The notes beneath the pieces are model-generated. The model was given only the letters and a program-made list of their open reading frames with translations. It made no database searches and was not told the DNA's origin. Below, piece by piece: positions 48,007 to 57,300 of a DNA stretch of 64,000 bases. Origin of the DNA: Candidatus Binatia bacterium (GTDB taxonomy: Bacteria; Desulfobacterota; Binatia; Bin18); contig JAJDZM010000093.1 in assembly GCA_022824615.1 (NCBI GenBank), forward strand, positions 654 to 64,653. Direction: 5' to 3'. Both the position numbers and the translations under genes were made by a program. Position 1 is the first letter of the stretch, and every line of letters starts with the position of its first letter.

Positions 48007-49077
48007 ATGTCAACGGATGTAACCGCACTCCTTACCCGCGCCGTCCAATCAGGCGCTTCTGACATCCACCTCAGCAGTGGAGCACCACCCATGATTCGGC
48101 TCGACGGGATCATGAAGCAACTTGAGCACGCCTCGCTGTCCCGGGATGAAGTCCACGCTCTCGTGTACGACATTATGGATGAGGGTCAGCGAAAGATGTT
48201 CGAGGAGAGTCTCGAACTCGACTTCTCCTGTGACCTGGGTGACGCGGGGCGCTTTCGGGTGAATGTCTTTATGCAGCAACATGGCGAGGGTGCGGTGTTT
48301 CGGGCCATTCCAACGCAGATTGCCTCGTTCGAGGAACTCGGGCTACCGTCGATTCTCAGCCAACTGTGTACGCGGAGAAAAGGGCTGATCCTGGTGACCG
48401 GTCCAACCGGCTGTGGAAAATCGACCACCCTGGCTGCCATGGTCAATCATCTCAACGAGACCGTCGAAGGTCACATCGTCACGATTGAAGATCCCATCGA
48501 ATTCACTCATCAGTCCAAGAAATGCCTCGTCAATCAGCGCGAACTCGGCGTTCACACCCACTCGTTTGCCAATGCGCTGCGGGCGGTCTTACGCGAAGAT
48601 CCCGACATTATTCTGGTTGGCGAAATGCGCGACCTGGAAACCATCCAACTCGCTCTCACGGCCGCCGAAACCGGTCATCTCGTTTTGAGTACTTTACACG
48701 CGCCAGGCGTGGCGCAGGCCGTTGACCGGATTATCGACGTCTTTCCAGCCGCTCAGCAACCTCAGATTCGAACTCAGTTTGCCGACTCGATTGAAGCCAT
48801 CGTCACCCAGACTTTATGTCAAAAGAAAGGCGGGGGGCGCGTCGCGGCCTTGGAAATTCTGATGGGCAGCACGGCAGTCCGCACACTGATCCGCGAGGGT
48901 AAGGGGCACCAAATCCTCTCAGCCCTCCAGGTTGGCCAAAAGGACGGGATGCAGACCATGGACCGGGCGCTTGTTGACCTCGCTACACGAGGGCTTATTA
49001 CGCAGGAAGAAGCGCAGGCCAAGAGCCCGACCCCGAACCTCTTTGGTCAGAGTGGCCGCGCAGTCCTACGCAGATAG
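48007..49077 (+). CDS. pilT: type IV pilus retraction ATPase PilT
   Basis: Walker A GPTGCGKST, Asp/His boxes, IREG motif (AVRTLIREGKGHQI). Start ATG 48007. Confidence 0.9.
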   Translation: MSTDVTALLTRAVQSGASDIHLSSGAPPMIRLDGIMKQLEHASLSRDEVHALVYDIMDEGQRKMFEESLELDFSCDLGDAGRFRVNVFMQQHGEGAVFRAIPTQIASFEELGLPSILSQLCTRRKGLILVTGPTGCGKSTTLAAMVNHLNETVEGHIVTIEDPIEFTHQSKKCLVNQRELGVHTHSFANALRAVLREDPDIILVGEMRDLETIQLALTAAETGHLVLSTLHAPGVAQAVDRIIDVFPAAQQPQIRTQFADSIEAIVTQTLCQKKGGGRVAALEILMGSTAVRTLIREGKGHQILSALQVGQKDGMQTMDRALVDLATRGLITQEEAQAKSPTPNLFGQSGRAVLRR

Positions 49078-49188
49078 CGATCTTGCACAGCGACGGGTGT
49101 GAGACTGAACATGCGTGAATATTTTGCAGCGGTCTTCACGTCTCCGTCGGGTAAGGGAGCTGGAATCAGCACTGCTGGATTTGTCTGG

Positions 49189-49512
49189 TTAGCTGCCGCT
49201 TCTATCAAACTCCAGCCGGCCGGCTTGTTGACAGAGTTCGGCCAAAGCTTCTTCGGCTTTTTGATACATGCCTTGCAGCGTTCTGTCTTTCCTTATCAGC
49301 GGATGGCTGCCAAGAAATTGATAGACGTAATCCAGGGCGACAGACGCTCGGTCCATAAGTTCGAAATAATGGCCCTCATTTATTGCCTCGTCCGTATCGT
49401 TAGGAAAAAGGGTTGATCCTCCGTCTGTTTCTTTTCCTTCAAGGATCGGACAACGGAACGCATGAAGAAAATACCTTATGTCTTCTCGCAGTTCCTCAAC
49501 CGTTTCACCCAT
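49189..49512 (-). CDS. hypothetical protein
   Basis: 107-aa ORF co-directional with ispD. Protein-like composition. No family. Confidence 0.35.
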   Translation of the reverse strand: MGETVEELREDIRYFLHAFRCPILEGKETDGGSTLFPNDTDEAINEGHYFELMDRASVALDYVYQFLGSHPLIRKDRTLQGMYQKAEEALAELCQQAGRLEFDRSGS

Positions 49513-49589
49513 AGGTGAGACTGGTTCTTGTGTCCAACCTTCAAATTATCCTCATTGTAGTGGCTGAATCTTAAACGGTTCTTCTCCAT

Positions 49590-50285
49590 TCAGGACGAGC
49601 TCCCAATCTGCAGCACTGCCTGGGCGAGAGCCAGGTCATCCGGTGTTGTAATCTTAAAATTGAGCGCGTCGCCGGGAACGAGGCGGACGGGCCGGCCCAT
49701 TTGCTCGACCAGGCTGGCATCGTCCGTTCCCGTGATACTCCGTTGCTGCGCCCAGCGGTGGGCTGCTCGAATTACTTCGACCCGGAATGTCTGTGGGGTT
49801 TGCGCCAGCCACAGGTCGTGCCGGGAGACCGTCTCACGGATCGTGTGCTGTGCGTCGGCCCGTTTAACGGTATCGCGGACGGGGGTCGCCACAACCGCGC
49901 TGCCCGCTTTGGCCGCCGCGTCAATACTGCGCTGAATCGCCTCCACCCTGATAAACGGCCGGGCCGCGTCATGAATCACCACGACCTCGCACTGCGTCTC
50001 AAGCGCGGCCAAACCGTTCCGGACCGAATCCTGCCGCTCCGCTCCTCCGTGGACAACGGTAATCGGTTGTGGCCAGGGACCGTGCGTGTGGAGTACCTCC
50101 CGGCAAAGAGCCTCGCGTTCGGCAGCAACGACAACGACTATGCGCCGGACCGTCTCAATGGAGGCAAAACGCCGCAGGGTATGCACGAGAATCGGACTCC
50201 CGGCAATAGACAGAAACGGTTTGGGCAGCTCGCTTTGCAGCCGCGTGCCTTTTCCCGCGGCAACAATGACGACATTGACGTGCAT
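49590..50285 (-). CDS. ispD: 2-C-methyl-D-erythritol 4-phosphate cytidylyltransferase
   Basis: VVIVAAGKGTRLQSELPKPFL signature. Start at ATG 50285 (MHVNV...). Confidence 0.85.
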   Translation of the reverse strand: MHVNVVIVAAGKGTRLQSELPKPFLSIAGSPILVHTLRRFASIETVRRIVVVVAAEREALCREVLHTHGPWPQPITVVHGGAERQDSVRNGLAALETQCEVVVIHDAARPFIRVEAIQRSIDAAAKAGSAVVATPVRDTVKRADAQHTIRETVSRHDLWLAQTPQTFRVEVIRAAHRWAQQRSITGTDDASLVEQMGRPVRLVPGDALNFKITTPDDLALAQAVLQIGSSS

Positions 50286-50292
50286 ACGGCGC

Positions 50293-50730
50293 TTACTCTT
50301 GTGGCGGAGCTTCAGCCAGGTCTTCAACCAGAATGACCTTGCCATGCCCGATTGAGGACCCGACAAATCCGGCCACCCGCGCGAGAGAATATTTTGAGCG
50401 AAAGAGATCGTGGACCCGTTCGCTCTCAGCCGTGTCTGTCATAAATTGTGCCCTTCCGGTGAGGGTGAGTTGGCCGATTTTCAACTGCATCTGTGGGTTT
50501 TTTTGCAGGTTGCGATACCAATGGGTTTTCCCCTCTTGTCCGGATTGGATATACAAAGCTCCCTGGTCGTAGACAAACCAGATCGGTTTTGTCCGCGGCT
50601 TGCCACTCTTCCGTCCTATAGTGGTAATTTCGAGCGTTGATTCATTGGCGACCTGGGCCAGGGCGTCCTGAAGTCTGTTCTCCTGAGCGTGGCCGAGTGT
50701 TCCCATGAACAGGCTCACAAAAAGGAGCAT
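50293..50730 (-). CDS. DUF385 / PNPOx-like (deazaflavin-dependent nitroreductase family) protein with N-terminal signal-like segment
   Basis: TTIGRKSGKPRTKPIWFVYDQGALYIQSGQEGKTHWYRNLQKNPQMQLKIG matches the DUF385 core. Start at ATG 50730 (MLLFVSLFMG...). The N-terminal part of the track ORF is just the hairpin repeat translated. Confidence 0.55.
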   Translation of the reverse strand: MLLFVSLFMGTLGHAQENRLQDALAQVANESTLEITTIGRKSGKPRTKPIWFVYDQGALYIQSGQEGKTHWYRNLQKNPQMQLKIGQLTLTGRAQFMTDTAESERVHDLFRSKYSLARVAGFVGSSIGHGKVILVEDLAEAPPQE

Positions 50731-50762
50731 CAGCCCGGCCCGGTGACGTTCCCGTGCCGTAA

Positions 50763-50816
50763 AGAGGGAACGTGTCGCCTTCTGTCTATCTGTTGAAGGA
50801 CCCGTTCCCTCTTTGT
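50763..50816. repeat. approx 52-nt hairpin repeat, copy C (5' leader of the DUF385 gene)
   Basis: AAAGAGGGAACGTGTCgccttctgtctatcTGTTGAAGGACCCGTTCCCTCTTT. Perfect 11-bp stem AAGAGGGAACG/CGTTCCCTCTT. Confidence 0.7.
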
Positions 50817-50933
50817 CACAGTGTGTCATGTTCATTCCTTCCTCTCTGTATACACCAGTACGATCTATAGTTTCTCAGTACAATGATCTATGGTAGCGTG
50901 TCTCTATTCTGGACTTATGAGGAGGAAGCCGCG

Positions 50934-51272
50934 ATGGCCACCCAGTACCATTTCCGTATCGCGAACGAAAGCATCGAGGTGCAGATGGGCGCCCATGCGT
51001 CCCCGAATATTACTCTCACCATGAAGGAGAGTGATTACCTGGAAAAGATCAACGGCAAGCTCAACGGCCAAATGGCGTTTATGAGCGGCAAGCTGAAAAT
51101 TGCCGGAGATATGGGTCTGGCGCTCAGGCTCCAAAACCTCTTTTCGCCGCCGGAGGCCGGCAGCCCGCCGCTGGAAACCGTCCAGGCAGTCATTGACGGC
51201 ATGCCGGAGGGGTTCAATGCCGAGGCGGCCAAGGGCATGGATGCCGTCTTTCAGTTTGATCTGACTGACTGA
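50934..51272 (+). CDS. SCP2 sterol-binding-domain protein
   Basis: [20 protein letters not shown] is the SCP2 C-terminal consensus. Start ATG 50934. Confidence 0.7.
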   Translation: MATQYHFRIANESIEVQMGAHASPNITLTMKESDYLEKINGKLNGQMAFMSGKLKIAGDMGLALRLQNLFSPPEAGSPPLETVQAVIDGMPEGFNAEAAKGMDAVFQFDLTD

Positions 51273-51378
51273 ACACCATACTACGCACATCCAGGGAGGA
51301 GGGCCTCTTCTCCCTGGGCTCCCCAGTGTTTCACCATCGCGTCCCCCTGGATGAGGGTATTCTCCCGCAGGAAGCTGC

Positions 51379-52560
51379 ATGTCAAAACGGACGGTTATCG
51401 GCCTGATGTCCGGCACGTCCCATGATGGGATTGATGCCGTGCTGGTCGATATTGCCCGCGTGAGGGGCCGCTTCCGTATTCAACAACGGGCCTTCCGCTC
51501 ATTCCCCTACTCCCGACCGGTGAGAGCCCGTTTGTTGAGCGTCAGCCAGGGAGCCCGGATCGATGCCGGTGAAGTCTCACAAGTCAACGCGCTCCTCGGC
51601 GAGTTGTTTGCCCGAGCGGCACTCAAGCTGTGCGAACATGCGGCTGTCTCGTGGGAGCAGGTCGATGCCATCGGCTCCCACGGACATACGATTTATCACA
51701 ACCCCCACCAGCGACCCGGACCCGGTTCAACCCTCCAGATTGGAGAACCTGCCGTCATTGCGCAACGGACCGGTATCACCACCATAGCCGACTTTCGGCC
51801 GGCAGACGTGGCGCTGGGCGGCGAGGGTGCGCCGCTCGTGCCTTATGTGCACGCGTTTCTGTTTCAACAGTCCGGCCGTGCGGTGGCCGTGCATAATATC
51901 GGTGGGATTGCCAACCTCACCTACCTGCCGCCGCGTTTCGCAAAACAAGACCTGCTGGCCTTTGATACCGGTCCTGGGAATATGTTGATCGACACCATTG
52001 TCCACACCGTTACCCAGGGCAAGCAGTGGTACGACCGGAACGGCCGAATGGCCAAAGCCGGGAGCGTACACGCCCGTCTTTCGGACGAACTGCTCCGGCA
52101 TCGGTACTTTGCCCGGCGGCCGCCCAAGTCGACCGGCCGGGAAGAGTTCGGCGCGCCGTTTGCCGAGCGATTCCTCAAACGCGCCGCGCAACTCAAGCTG
52201 TCTCCCAACGACCAGGTGGCGACGGCAAGCGCCGTTACCGCCACGAGTATGGCCCGAGCGTATCACGACTTTATCCTGCCGCACGGCCCGCTCGCCGAGG
52301 TCTACCTCACCGGTGGTGGGGCGCTTAACCCGACTCTGCGAGCGCAATTTGCTCAGGCCCTGCCTAATGTCCGTGTTCGACTGCTTGAAGAGACCGGCTA
52401 TGAGAGCCAGTCGTTGGAAGCCTTGGCATTTGCCGTTTTAGCCTACGCCACTGTGCACGGCCTGCCCTCGAACGTCCCGAGTGCAACCGGTGCGCGGATG
52501 CCGGCCGTTCTTGGAAAAATTGTTCCTGGTAAGAACTATCGTGATGTGCGGTTGAGCTAA
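51379..52560 (+). CDS. anmK: anhydro-N-acetylmuramic acid kinase
   Basis: GLMSGTSHDGIDAVLVDI N-terminal signature. ASKHA-fold length. Confidence 0.9.
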   Translation: MSKRTVIGLMSGTSHDGIDAVLVDIARVRGRFRIQQRAFRSFPYSRPVRARLLSVSQGARIDAGEVSQVNALLGELFARAALKLCEHAAVSWEQVDAIGSHGHTIYHNPHQRPGPGSTLQIGEPAVIAQRTGITTIADFRPADVALGGEGAPLVPYVHAFLFQQSGRAVAVHNIGGIANLTYLPPRFAKQDLLAFDTGPGNMLIDTIVHTVTQGKQWYDRNGRMAKAGSVHARLSDELLRHRYFARRPPKSTGREEFGAPFAERFLKRAAQLKLSPNDQVATASAVTATSMARAYHDFILPHGPLAEVYLTGGGALNPTLRAQFAQALPNVRVRLLEETGYESQSLEALAFAVLAYATVHGLPSNVPSATGARMPAVLGKIVPGKNYRDVRLS

Positions 52561-52576
52561 CAGAGAGGACAACAGT

Positions 52577-53650
52577 ATGGCAAAGCGCGTTGTGGTGATT
52601 CCCGGTGATGATGCGGCACCCGAGGCAATGGCACCCACAGTCGAAATCCTGAAAAACTTTGCGCTGGACCTGCGCTTCACCGAGTTTCCATCAGGTGAAG
52701 AGGGAGTGAAGCAGTACGGCTCACGAAAGGGCTTTGAGCGCGCGCTACGCGAAGCCATTGACCAATCGGACTCGACTCTCTTTGGCTCGACCAATGGCAC
52801 GACCGGCGGGATCGGATACCTGCGCTGGGGCAAGCAGACGTATGCTAATGTTCGCCCGGCACGCTGGCGGCCGGGGTTTCGAAGCCCACTCAAAAACCCG
52901 GAATCCATTGATTTTGTAGTGGTCCGGGAAAACCTGGAAGACCTGTATATGGGGGTTGAGGGCGACCTGAATACGCTTGCGCCGCTCGGCTTGACGAGTG
53001 CGATCACGCGTAAACCGCTCGATACCACGGCTCAGGGCCTGTTTGCCATTAAAGCGATTACCGAGCACGGCTCCCGCCGCATTGCCCGCTTTGCCTTTGA
53101 ACTGGCGCGTAAACGCAAAGCCCAGGGTGGGAGGGGGCTCGTCACCTGTACCAGCAAGTACAATATGCTGCGGAAAAGTGACGGCTTATTCCGTGAAGTG
53201 GTTGAAGCAACGGCCAAAGCATATCCCGACCTGGACTATGAGCAATACATTGTCGATGATTTTGCGCGGCGTCTCGTCGCCAGCCCGTCACAGTTTGACG
53301 TCGTTGTCATGCCGAATTTGTACGGCGATATCCTGTCCGACGTTGCCGCCGGCACCATTGGCGGCCTCGGACTCGCACCGAGCGGGTGTTACGGCGACAC
53401 CTACGCCTATTTTGAGTCCGTCCACGGCTCCGCACCCGATATTGCCGGCCAGAACATCATTAATCCGACCGCAACCCTACTCTCCGTCGCGCTGCTGCTC
53501 GACTATCTCGGCTGGACCGACGAGGCCCAACGCCTTGAGGACGCAATCGCGCAGGTGTACGCCAGCGGCGAGACCCTGCCGCCTGACCAAGGCGGGTCCG
53601 CCTCAACAACGGCGTTCTGTGCGGCGGTCCGGAAGGTACTCTTTGGCTAG
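52577..53650 (+). CDS. isocitrate/isopropylmalate dehydrogenase family protein
   Basis: NLYGDILSD motif, 357 aa. Could be IMDH, tartrate or homoisocitrate dehydrogenase; not resolvable by eye. Confidence 0.8.
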   Translation: MAKRVVVIPGDDAAPEAMAPTVEILKNFALDLRFTEFPSGEEGVKQYGSRKGFERALREAIDQSDSTLFGSTNGTTGGIGYLRWGKQTYANVRPARWRPGFRSPLKNPESIDFVVVRENLEDLYMGVEGDLNTLAPLGLTSAITRKPLDTTAQGLFAIKAITEHGSRRIARFAFELARKRKAQGGRGLVTCTSKYNMLRKSDGLFREVVEATAKAYPDLDYEQYIVDDFARRLVASPSQFDVVVMPNLYGDILSDVAAGTIGGLGLAPSGCYGDTYAYFESVHGSAPDIAGQNIINPTATLLSVALLLDYLGWTDEAQRLEDAIAQVYASGETLPPDQGGSASTTAFCAAVRKVLFG

Positions 53651-53883
53651 AGCGTTTCACGATAAGTTGGAGCCATGCCAGTCCGCGCTCGTCGGGAAGG
53701 ACAAGGGCCTGTCCCAAACGGCCTGGGAGGGCGCACTCCTCTAGGACGTGTGATGCAGATTAACTGGTCCGGTACCGGACCGGCTGCCCATCCTTCTCCT
53801 TCGCCCCTATGGGACTCCGCTCAGCACGAACGGAGGTCCCGGCGCAGGCCGGGCAACCACAAGGGTTGCCCCTACCATATACA

Positions 53884-53921
53884 TTCCCTCTCCCCTGGAG
53901 GGAGAGGGCTAGGGTGAGGGG
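53884..53921. repeat. REP-like hairpin element, copy 2
   Basis: CCCTCTCCCCT-ggag-GGGAGAGGG-ctAGGGTGAGGGGG. Compare 3077-3115. Confidence 0.7.
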
Positions 53922-54016
53922 GCCGGGCCTGCTGTCCGTAGGGACCGCCACACAATGGGTATCACTCCTCTAGGAGAAGAGAGACGCACTACACAGCCTC
54001 GTGATTTGCTCTAGGC

Positions 54017-54214
54017 TCAGGACGGGGTTTGTGAGGGAATTTGTCCCGAGGATTTGCTCCGGGAGCGCTTCACAACAACAACATTCTGGCCGTTGACGCG
54101 AACGGTGCGTTTATCTGCGGTGGGAGAAGACTGCTGGACCGGCTTGCGGCCACGCTCTTCTCGCCACCGTTTGAGTTGTTGTTCCAGGTCTTTCGAATTC
54201 ACTCGTTCCTCCAA
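54017..54214 (-). CDS. small basic hypothetical protein
   Basis: 65-aa Lys/Arg-rich ORF starting right after the 9-bp repeat array. Weak. Confidence 0.2.
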   Translation of the reverse strand: MEERVNSKDLEQQLKRWREERGRKPVQQSSPTADKRTVRVNGQNVVVVKRSRSKSSGQIPSQTPS

Positions 54215-54304
54215 TTGGGTCTATGGGGTCTGTTGGGTCTATGGGGTCTGTTGGGTCTGTTGGGTCTGTTGGGTCTGTTGGGCCGGACTCAAGGGACTCA
54301 ATGT
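54215..54304. repeat. tandem array of eight 9-bp units (TTGGGTCTR/TGGGGTCTG) followed by two reverse-type units (GACTCAAGG GACTCAATG), directly after the rpoD stop codon
   Basis: TTGGGTCTA TGGGGTCTG TTGGGTCTA TGGGGTCTG TTGGGTCTG x3 TTGGGCCGG. Same unit family as 13791-13905. Confidence 0.85.
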
Positions 54305-56127
54305 TAGCTATCGATAAAGGCTTCCAGACTCTTCGCTCGGGTTGGGTTGCGTAATTTCCGTAAGGCTTTGGCCTCAATCTGACGGATGCGCTCACGGGTC
54401 ACGGCAAAGCGCTGTCCCACTTCTTCAAGTGTGTAATCTGTCTTTTCGTCAATGCCGAACCGCATACGCAGGATCTGCTCCTCGCGCGGCGTCAGGGTGG
54501 CGAGGACTTTGCGTGTCTGTTCCTCTAAACTGAGGGCCATCGCCGCGTCTGCCGGAGAGAGGGTCTGCCGATCTTCAACAAAATCTCCCAGCGAACTTTC
54601 CTCATCATCGCCAATTGGCGTCTCCAGGGAGACCGGCTCTTTGACGATTTTGAGGACTTTCCGGACTTTGTCCGCCGGCACTTCCATCTGGGCGGCAATC
54701 TCTTCCGGCGAAGGTTCCCGGCCGAGCTGTTGGACCAGGTAGCGAGAGGTCCGCAGCACCTTATTGATCGTCTCAATCATATGGACCGGGATGCGAATCG
54801 TCCGGGCCTGGTCGGCGATGGCGCGACTCACCGACTGTCGAATCCACCACGTTGCATAGGTCGAGAATTTATAGCCGCGTTGATACTCAAATTTTTCAAC
54901 CGCGCGCATCAGACCGATATTACCCTCCTGAATCAGGTCCAGAAATCCCAGCCCGCGGTTGACATAGCGTTTGGCAATACTCACCACCAGGCGCAGATTG
55001 GCTTCAATGAGACGGCGCTTGCCTTCTTGCGCCTGGGCTTCTCCGCGCGCAATCGTCTTCAGGGCCTGCCGCAGCTCTTCTCGATTTGTGCCAAGCTGCC
55101 TCTCAAGGTACTGAATTGCTTTGCGGGCGTCCTTGATGGTCTGACTGGCTTCTTGGATTTTCTGTGCCTGGGCCTTTCCACCGCTCTCTCCCGCTCTCGG
55201 ACGGGTCCGTCCATTCTTTGATGTGGACTCACGTGCCAGGGCGAGAATCTCAGACGCCTTGCAATTCAGGGCGGACTCTTGTCTGCGGATGGTCCGCTCA
55301 TGCTTGTCCAGCATGACGCCGACTTCCTTGAGTTTATCGGTCACCACCGTAATATGACGCCGCCCCAAAGGCAGACTGTCCAGTGAAACCCTGATCTTCT
55401 CGCGGAGGGTGCCCAGCCGCTTCAGTGCCTTCTCTCGCTCTGCGACCGGACTCCGCTTGCGAGACAATGTTGTTGCCTTTTCCCGCTCTCCGGCCAGGCG
55501 TTTGAGCGGTCCCATACGGCCCAGAAAGAGCGTAATGCGCTGGTCTTCCTTGCCGGACGTATCGGCATCCTCTTCTTCGTCGCCAAAAATACGCCGCGCT
55601 TCTGTTTCGTCCTGTTTGAGCCGACTCCCCAGAGATAAGATATATTGGAGCGCCAAAGGGGTGGAGAAGATCTCCTGGCGAATGCATTTCTCCCCAGCCT
55701 CAATCTCTTTTGCGATCGCCACCTCCTCCTCACGGCTCAGGAGGGGGATATTGCCCATCTCCTGGAGATACATCCGGACAGGGTCTGACGTGTCTCCCGT
55801 CACTGGCTCCCCAGCCGTGACCACTCTCTCTCCCCAGCTCTCTTCGTCCTGTTTCGCCGTCTCAGGAGCAGCGGTCTCCTCTTCTCCAATGCTGGTGGAG
55901 TTCCTTTCCTCAAGCACATCAACCGTCTCAATATCCATATCTTCAAGAATGGACATGATTTCCATTTCTCGTGCCGGTTTCTCCCCTTGTGGCGTTGAAG
56001 CAGCAGGGGTGACAGCCTGGGCTTTTATCAGGATGGATTTCTCAGACTGCCGCGCCGCTGTCTGTAGGGAAGTTTTTCGGAGGGTCTGCGAAACCGTCGC
56101 CGTTTTTCCGTTTTTCTTTTTTTCCAT
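54304..56127 (-). CDS. rpoD: RNA polymerase primary sigma factor
   Basis: Region 1.2 ([16 protein letters not shown]), 2.x ([30 protein letters not shown]), 3 and 4.2 HTH. Long acidic low-complexity N-terminus. Confidence 0.95.
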   Translation of the reverse strand: MEKKKNGKTATVSQTLRKTSLQTAARQSEKSILIKAQAVTPAASTPQGEKPAREMEIMSILEDMDIETVDVLEERNSTSIGEEETAAPETAKQDEESWGERVVTAGEPVTGDTSDPVRMYLQEMGNIPLLSREEEVAIAKEIEAGEKCIRQEIFSTPLALQYILSLGSRLKQDETEARRIFGDEEEDADTSGKEDQRITLFLGRMGPLKRLAGEREKATTLSRKRSPVAEREKALKRLGTLREKIRVSLDSLPLGRRHITVVTDKLKEVGVMLDKHERTIRRQESALNCKASEILALARESTSKNGRTRPRAGESGGKAQAQKIQEASQTIKDARKAIQYLERQLGTNREELRQALKTIARGEAQAQEGKRRLIEANLRLVVSIAKRYVNRGLGFLDLIQEGNIGLMRAVEKFEYQRGYKFSTYATWWIRQSVSRAIADQARTIRIPVHMIETINKVLRTSRYLVQQLGREPSPEEIAAQMEVPADKVRKVLKIVKEPVSLETPIGDDEESSLGDFVEDRQTLSPADAAMALSLEEQTRKVLATLTPREEQILRMRFGIDEKTDYTLEEVGQRFAVTRERIRQIEAKALRKLRNPTRAKSLEAFIDS

Positions 56128-56357
56128 AAGACGCCTCAGCCCCCTTTACATGAACAGCATCAGAACACGACAGGACGCAACTTTGCCTTCATCCTAACGC
56201 ATGAGAAGGCAAGGGAAAGGATTGACTGCTCCGACAGAACTGCTTCTGCTTAGTTGATCCAAAAGAATTTATGGGCAGGCCGACAAGCGTGGCCAAAGCT
56301 TTGAAAAATAAGGATTCCGCCCATACTACGGCGAGGGGGGGAGGAAGTCAAGAGAAA

Positions 56358-56957
56358 CTACTTGATCCGCAGTTTTCCGAACCAGTACTGTAGCCCATGG
56401 AGCATCTCGTCCTGAGCCCCGCCCGGGTCGTCTGCGTGGGCGACATAGACTCCCGCTTCGAGGAGAGCCCCCCACACCAGACGGGCGAGCGCTTGGCACG
56501 GGACCTTGTCTTCGATAAAGCCTTCTGCTCTCAACTGCTCGAAGCCATGCACGATGAAATGCATGGCCGGTACGTTTTTATGCCAGATGTCCGGGGATAA
56601 CACGGACGGGCCGTCAGTGAAAATGATACGCTGCGCGTCCTCTTTAGACATGGATTCAATAGCAACGGAGAGCCCGGTCTCGACAAGCCGCTCCCAGATG
56701 CTGCCCTTAGCATCTTGTATACGCGCCAGAAGCGCCTGCGTCCGAGTTTGTCGAAACTGCTCAAAAACGGCTTTGAATAAGGCTTCCTTGTCCAGAAAAT
56801 GATAATACAGCGCCCCTCTGGTCACCTTGGCGCGGTCCACAATATCGCTCGTGGAGGTGGCAGCATAGCCTCGCTCGGCAAAGAGTTCACGGGCAATGTC
56901 CAGTAGTGTGGTTCTGGTCTTCTCGTATTGCTCTGCTTTTGTGAGACCTGCTGTCAT
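56358..56957 (-). CDS. TetR/AcrR-family transcriptional regulator
   Basis: N-terminal HTH TRTTLLDIARELFAERGYAATSTSDIVDRAKVTRGALYYHF. Confidence 0.8.
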   Translation of the reverse strand: MTAGLTKAEQYEKTRTTLLDIARELFAERGYAATSTSDIVDRAKVTRGALYYHFLDKEALFKAVFEQFRQTRTQALLARIQDAKGSIWERLVETGLSVAIESMSKEDAQRIIFTDGPSVLSPDIWHKNVPAMHFIVHGFEQLRAEGFIEDKVPCQALARLVWGALLEAGVYVAHADDPGGAQDEMLHGLQYWFGKLRIK

Positions 56958-57072
56958 TCCACACCCCTTAAAATGATCTACATTTCAGAAAACCTATGTA
57001 TACATATCACCTGTATTTATCATTGTCAACATCACGGCCCAAGCAAATAATTCCCTCCTCTGCCGCAGATAT

Positions 57073-57171
57073 CTGACATACAAACAGGGTATATCTTAAC
57101 TGGGGGTTGACATACAAGCAGGATATATTTTAGTATGCGGGAAGAATACAGACAGTATACGTTTTAACTGG
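57073..57171 (+). promoter_or_regulatory. three tandem approx 30-bp direct repeats, each with a TTGACA-like -35 hexamer and a 17-bp-spaced -10-like hexamer (candidate duplicated promoter/operator modules). A fourth partial copy is at 57281-57293
   Basis: cTGACAtacaaacagggtatatcTTAACTgg / TTGACAtacaagcaggatatattTTAGTAtg / aGAATACagacagtatacgttTTAACTgg. AT-rich divergent region between the TetR gene and the lipoprotein gene. Confidence 0.45.
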
Positions 57172-57300
57172 CAAGCTGAACGACGTTGAGGGACGTCCGG
57201 CCATGACTCACTGTTTAAGACACTTGGGTAACGTCTGGTAGGGATTCTCAGGGCAATGCATCGAACCGAGTCCGTCTGGACTTGACATACACCATGAAAC

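Noticed and set aside
50731-50835. N-terminal extension MNMTHCDKEGTGPSTDRQKATRSLFTARERHRAGL of the DUF385 ORF
   Set aside because: This stretch is the hairpin repeat copy C translated. A sensible start with a hydrophobic N-terminus follows at 50730.
54111-54395. ORF encoding PTDPTDPTDPTDPIDP...
   Set aside because: It is a translation of the 9-bp tandem array and overlaps the rpoD 3' end in another frame, so it is not a gene.
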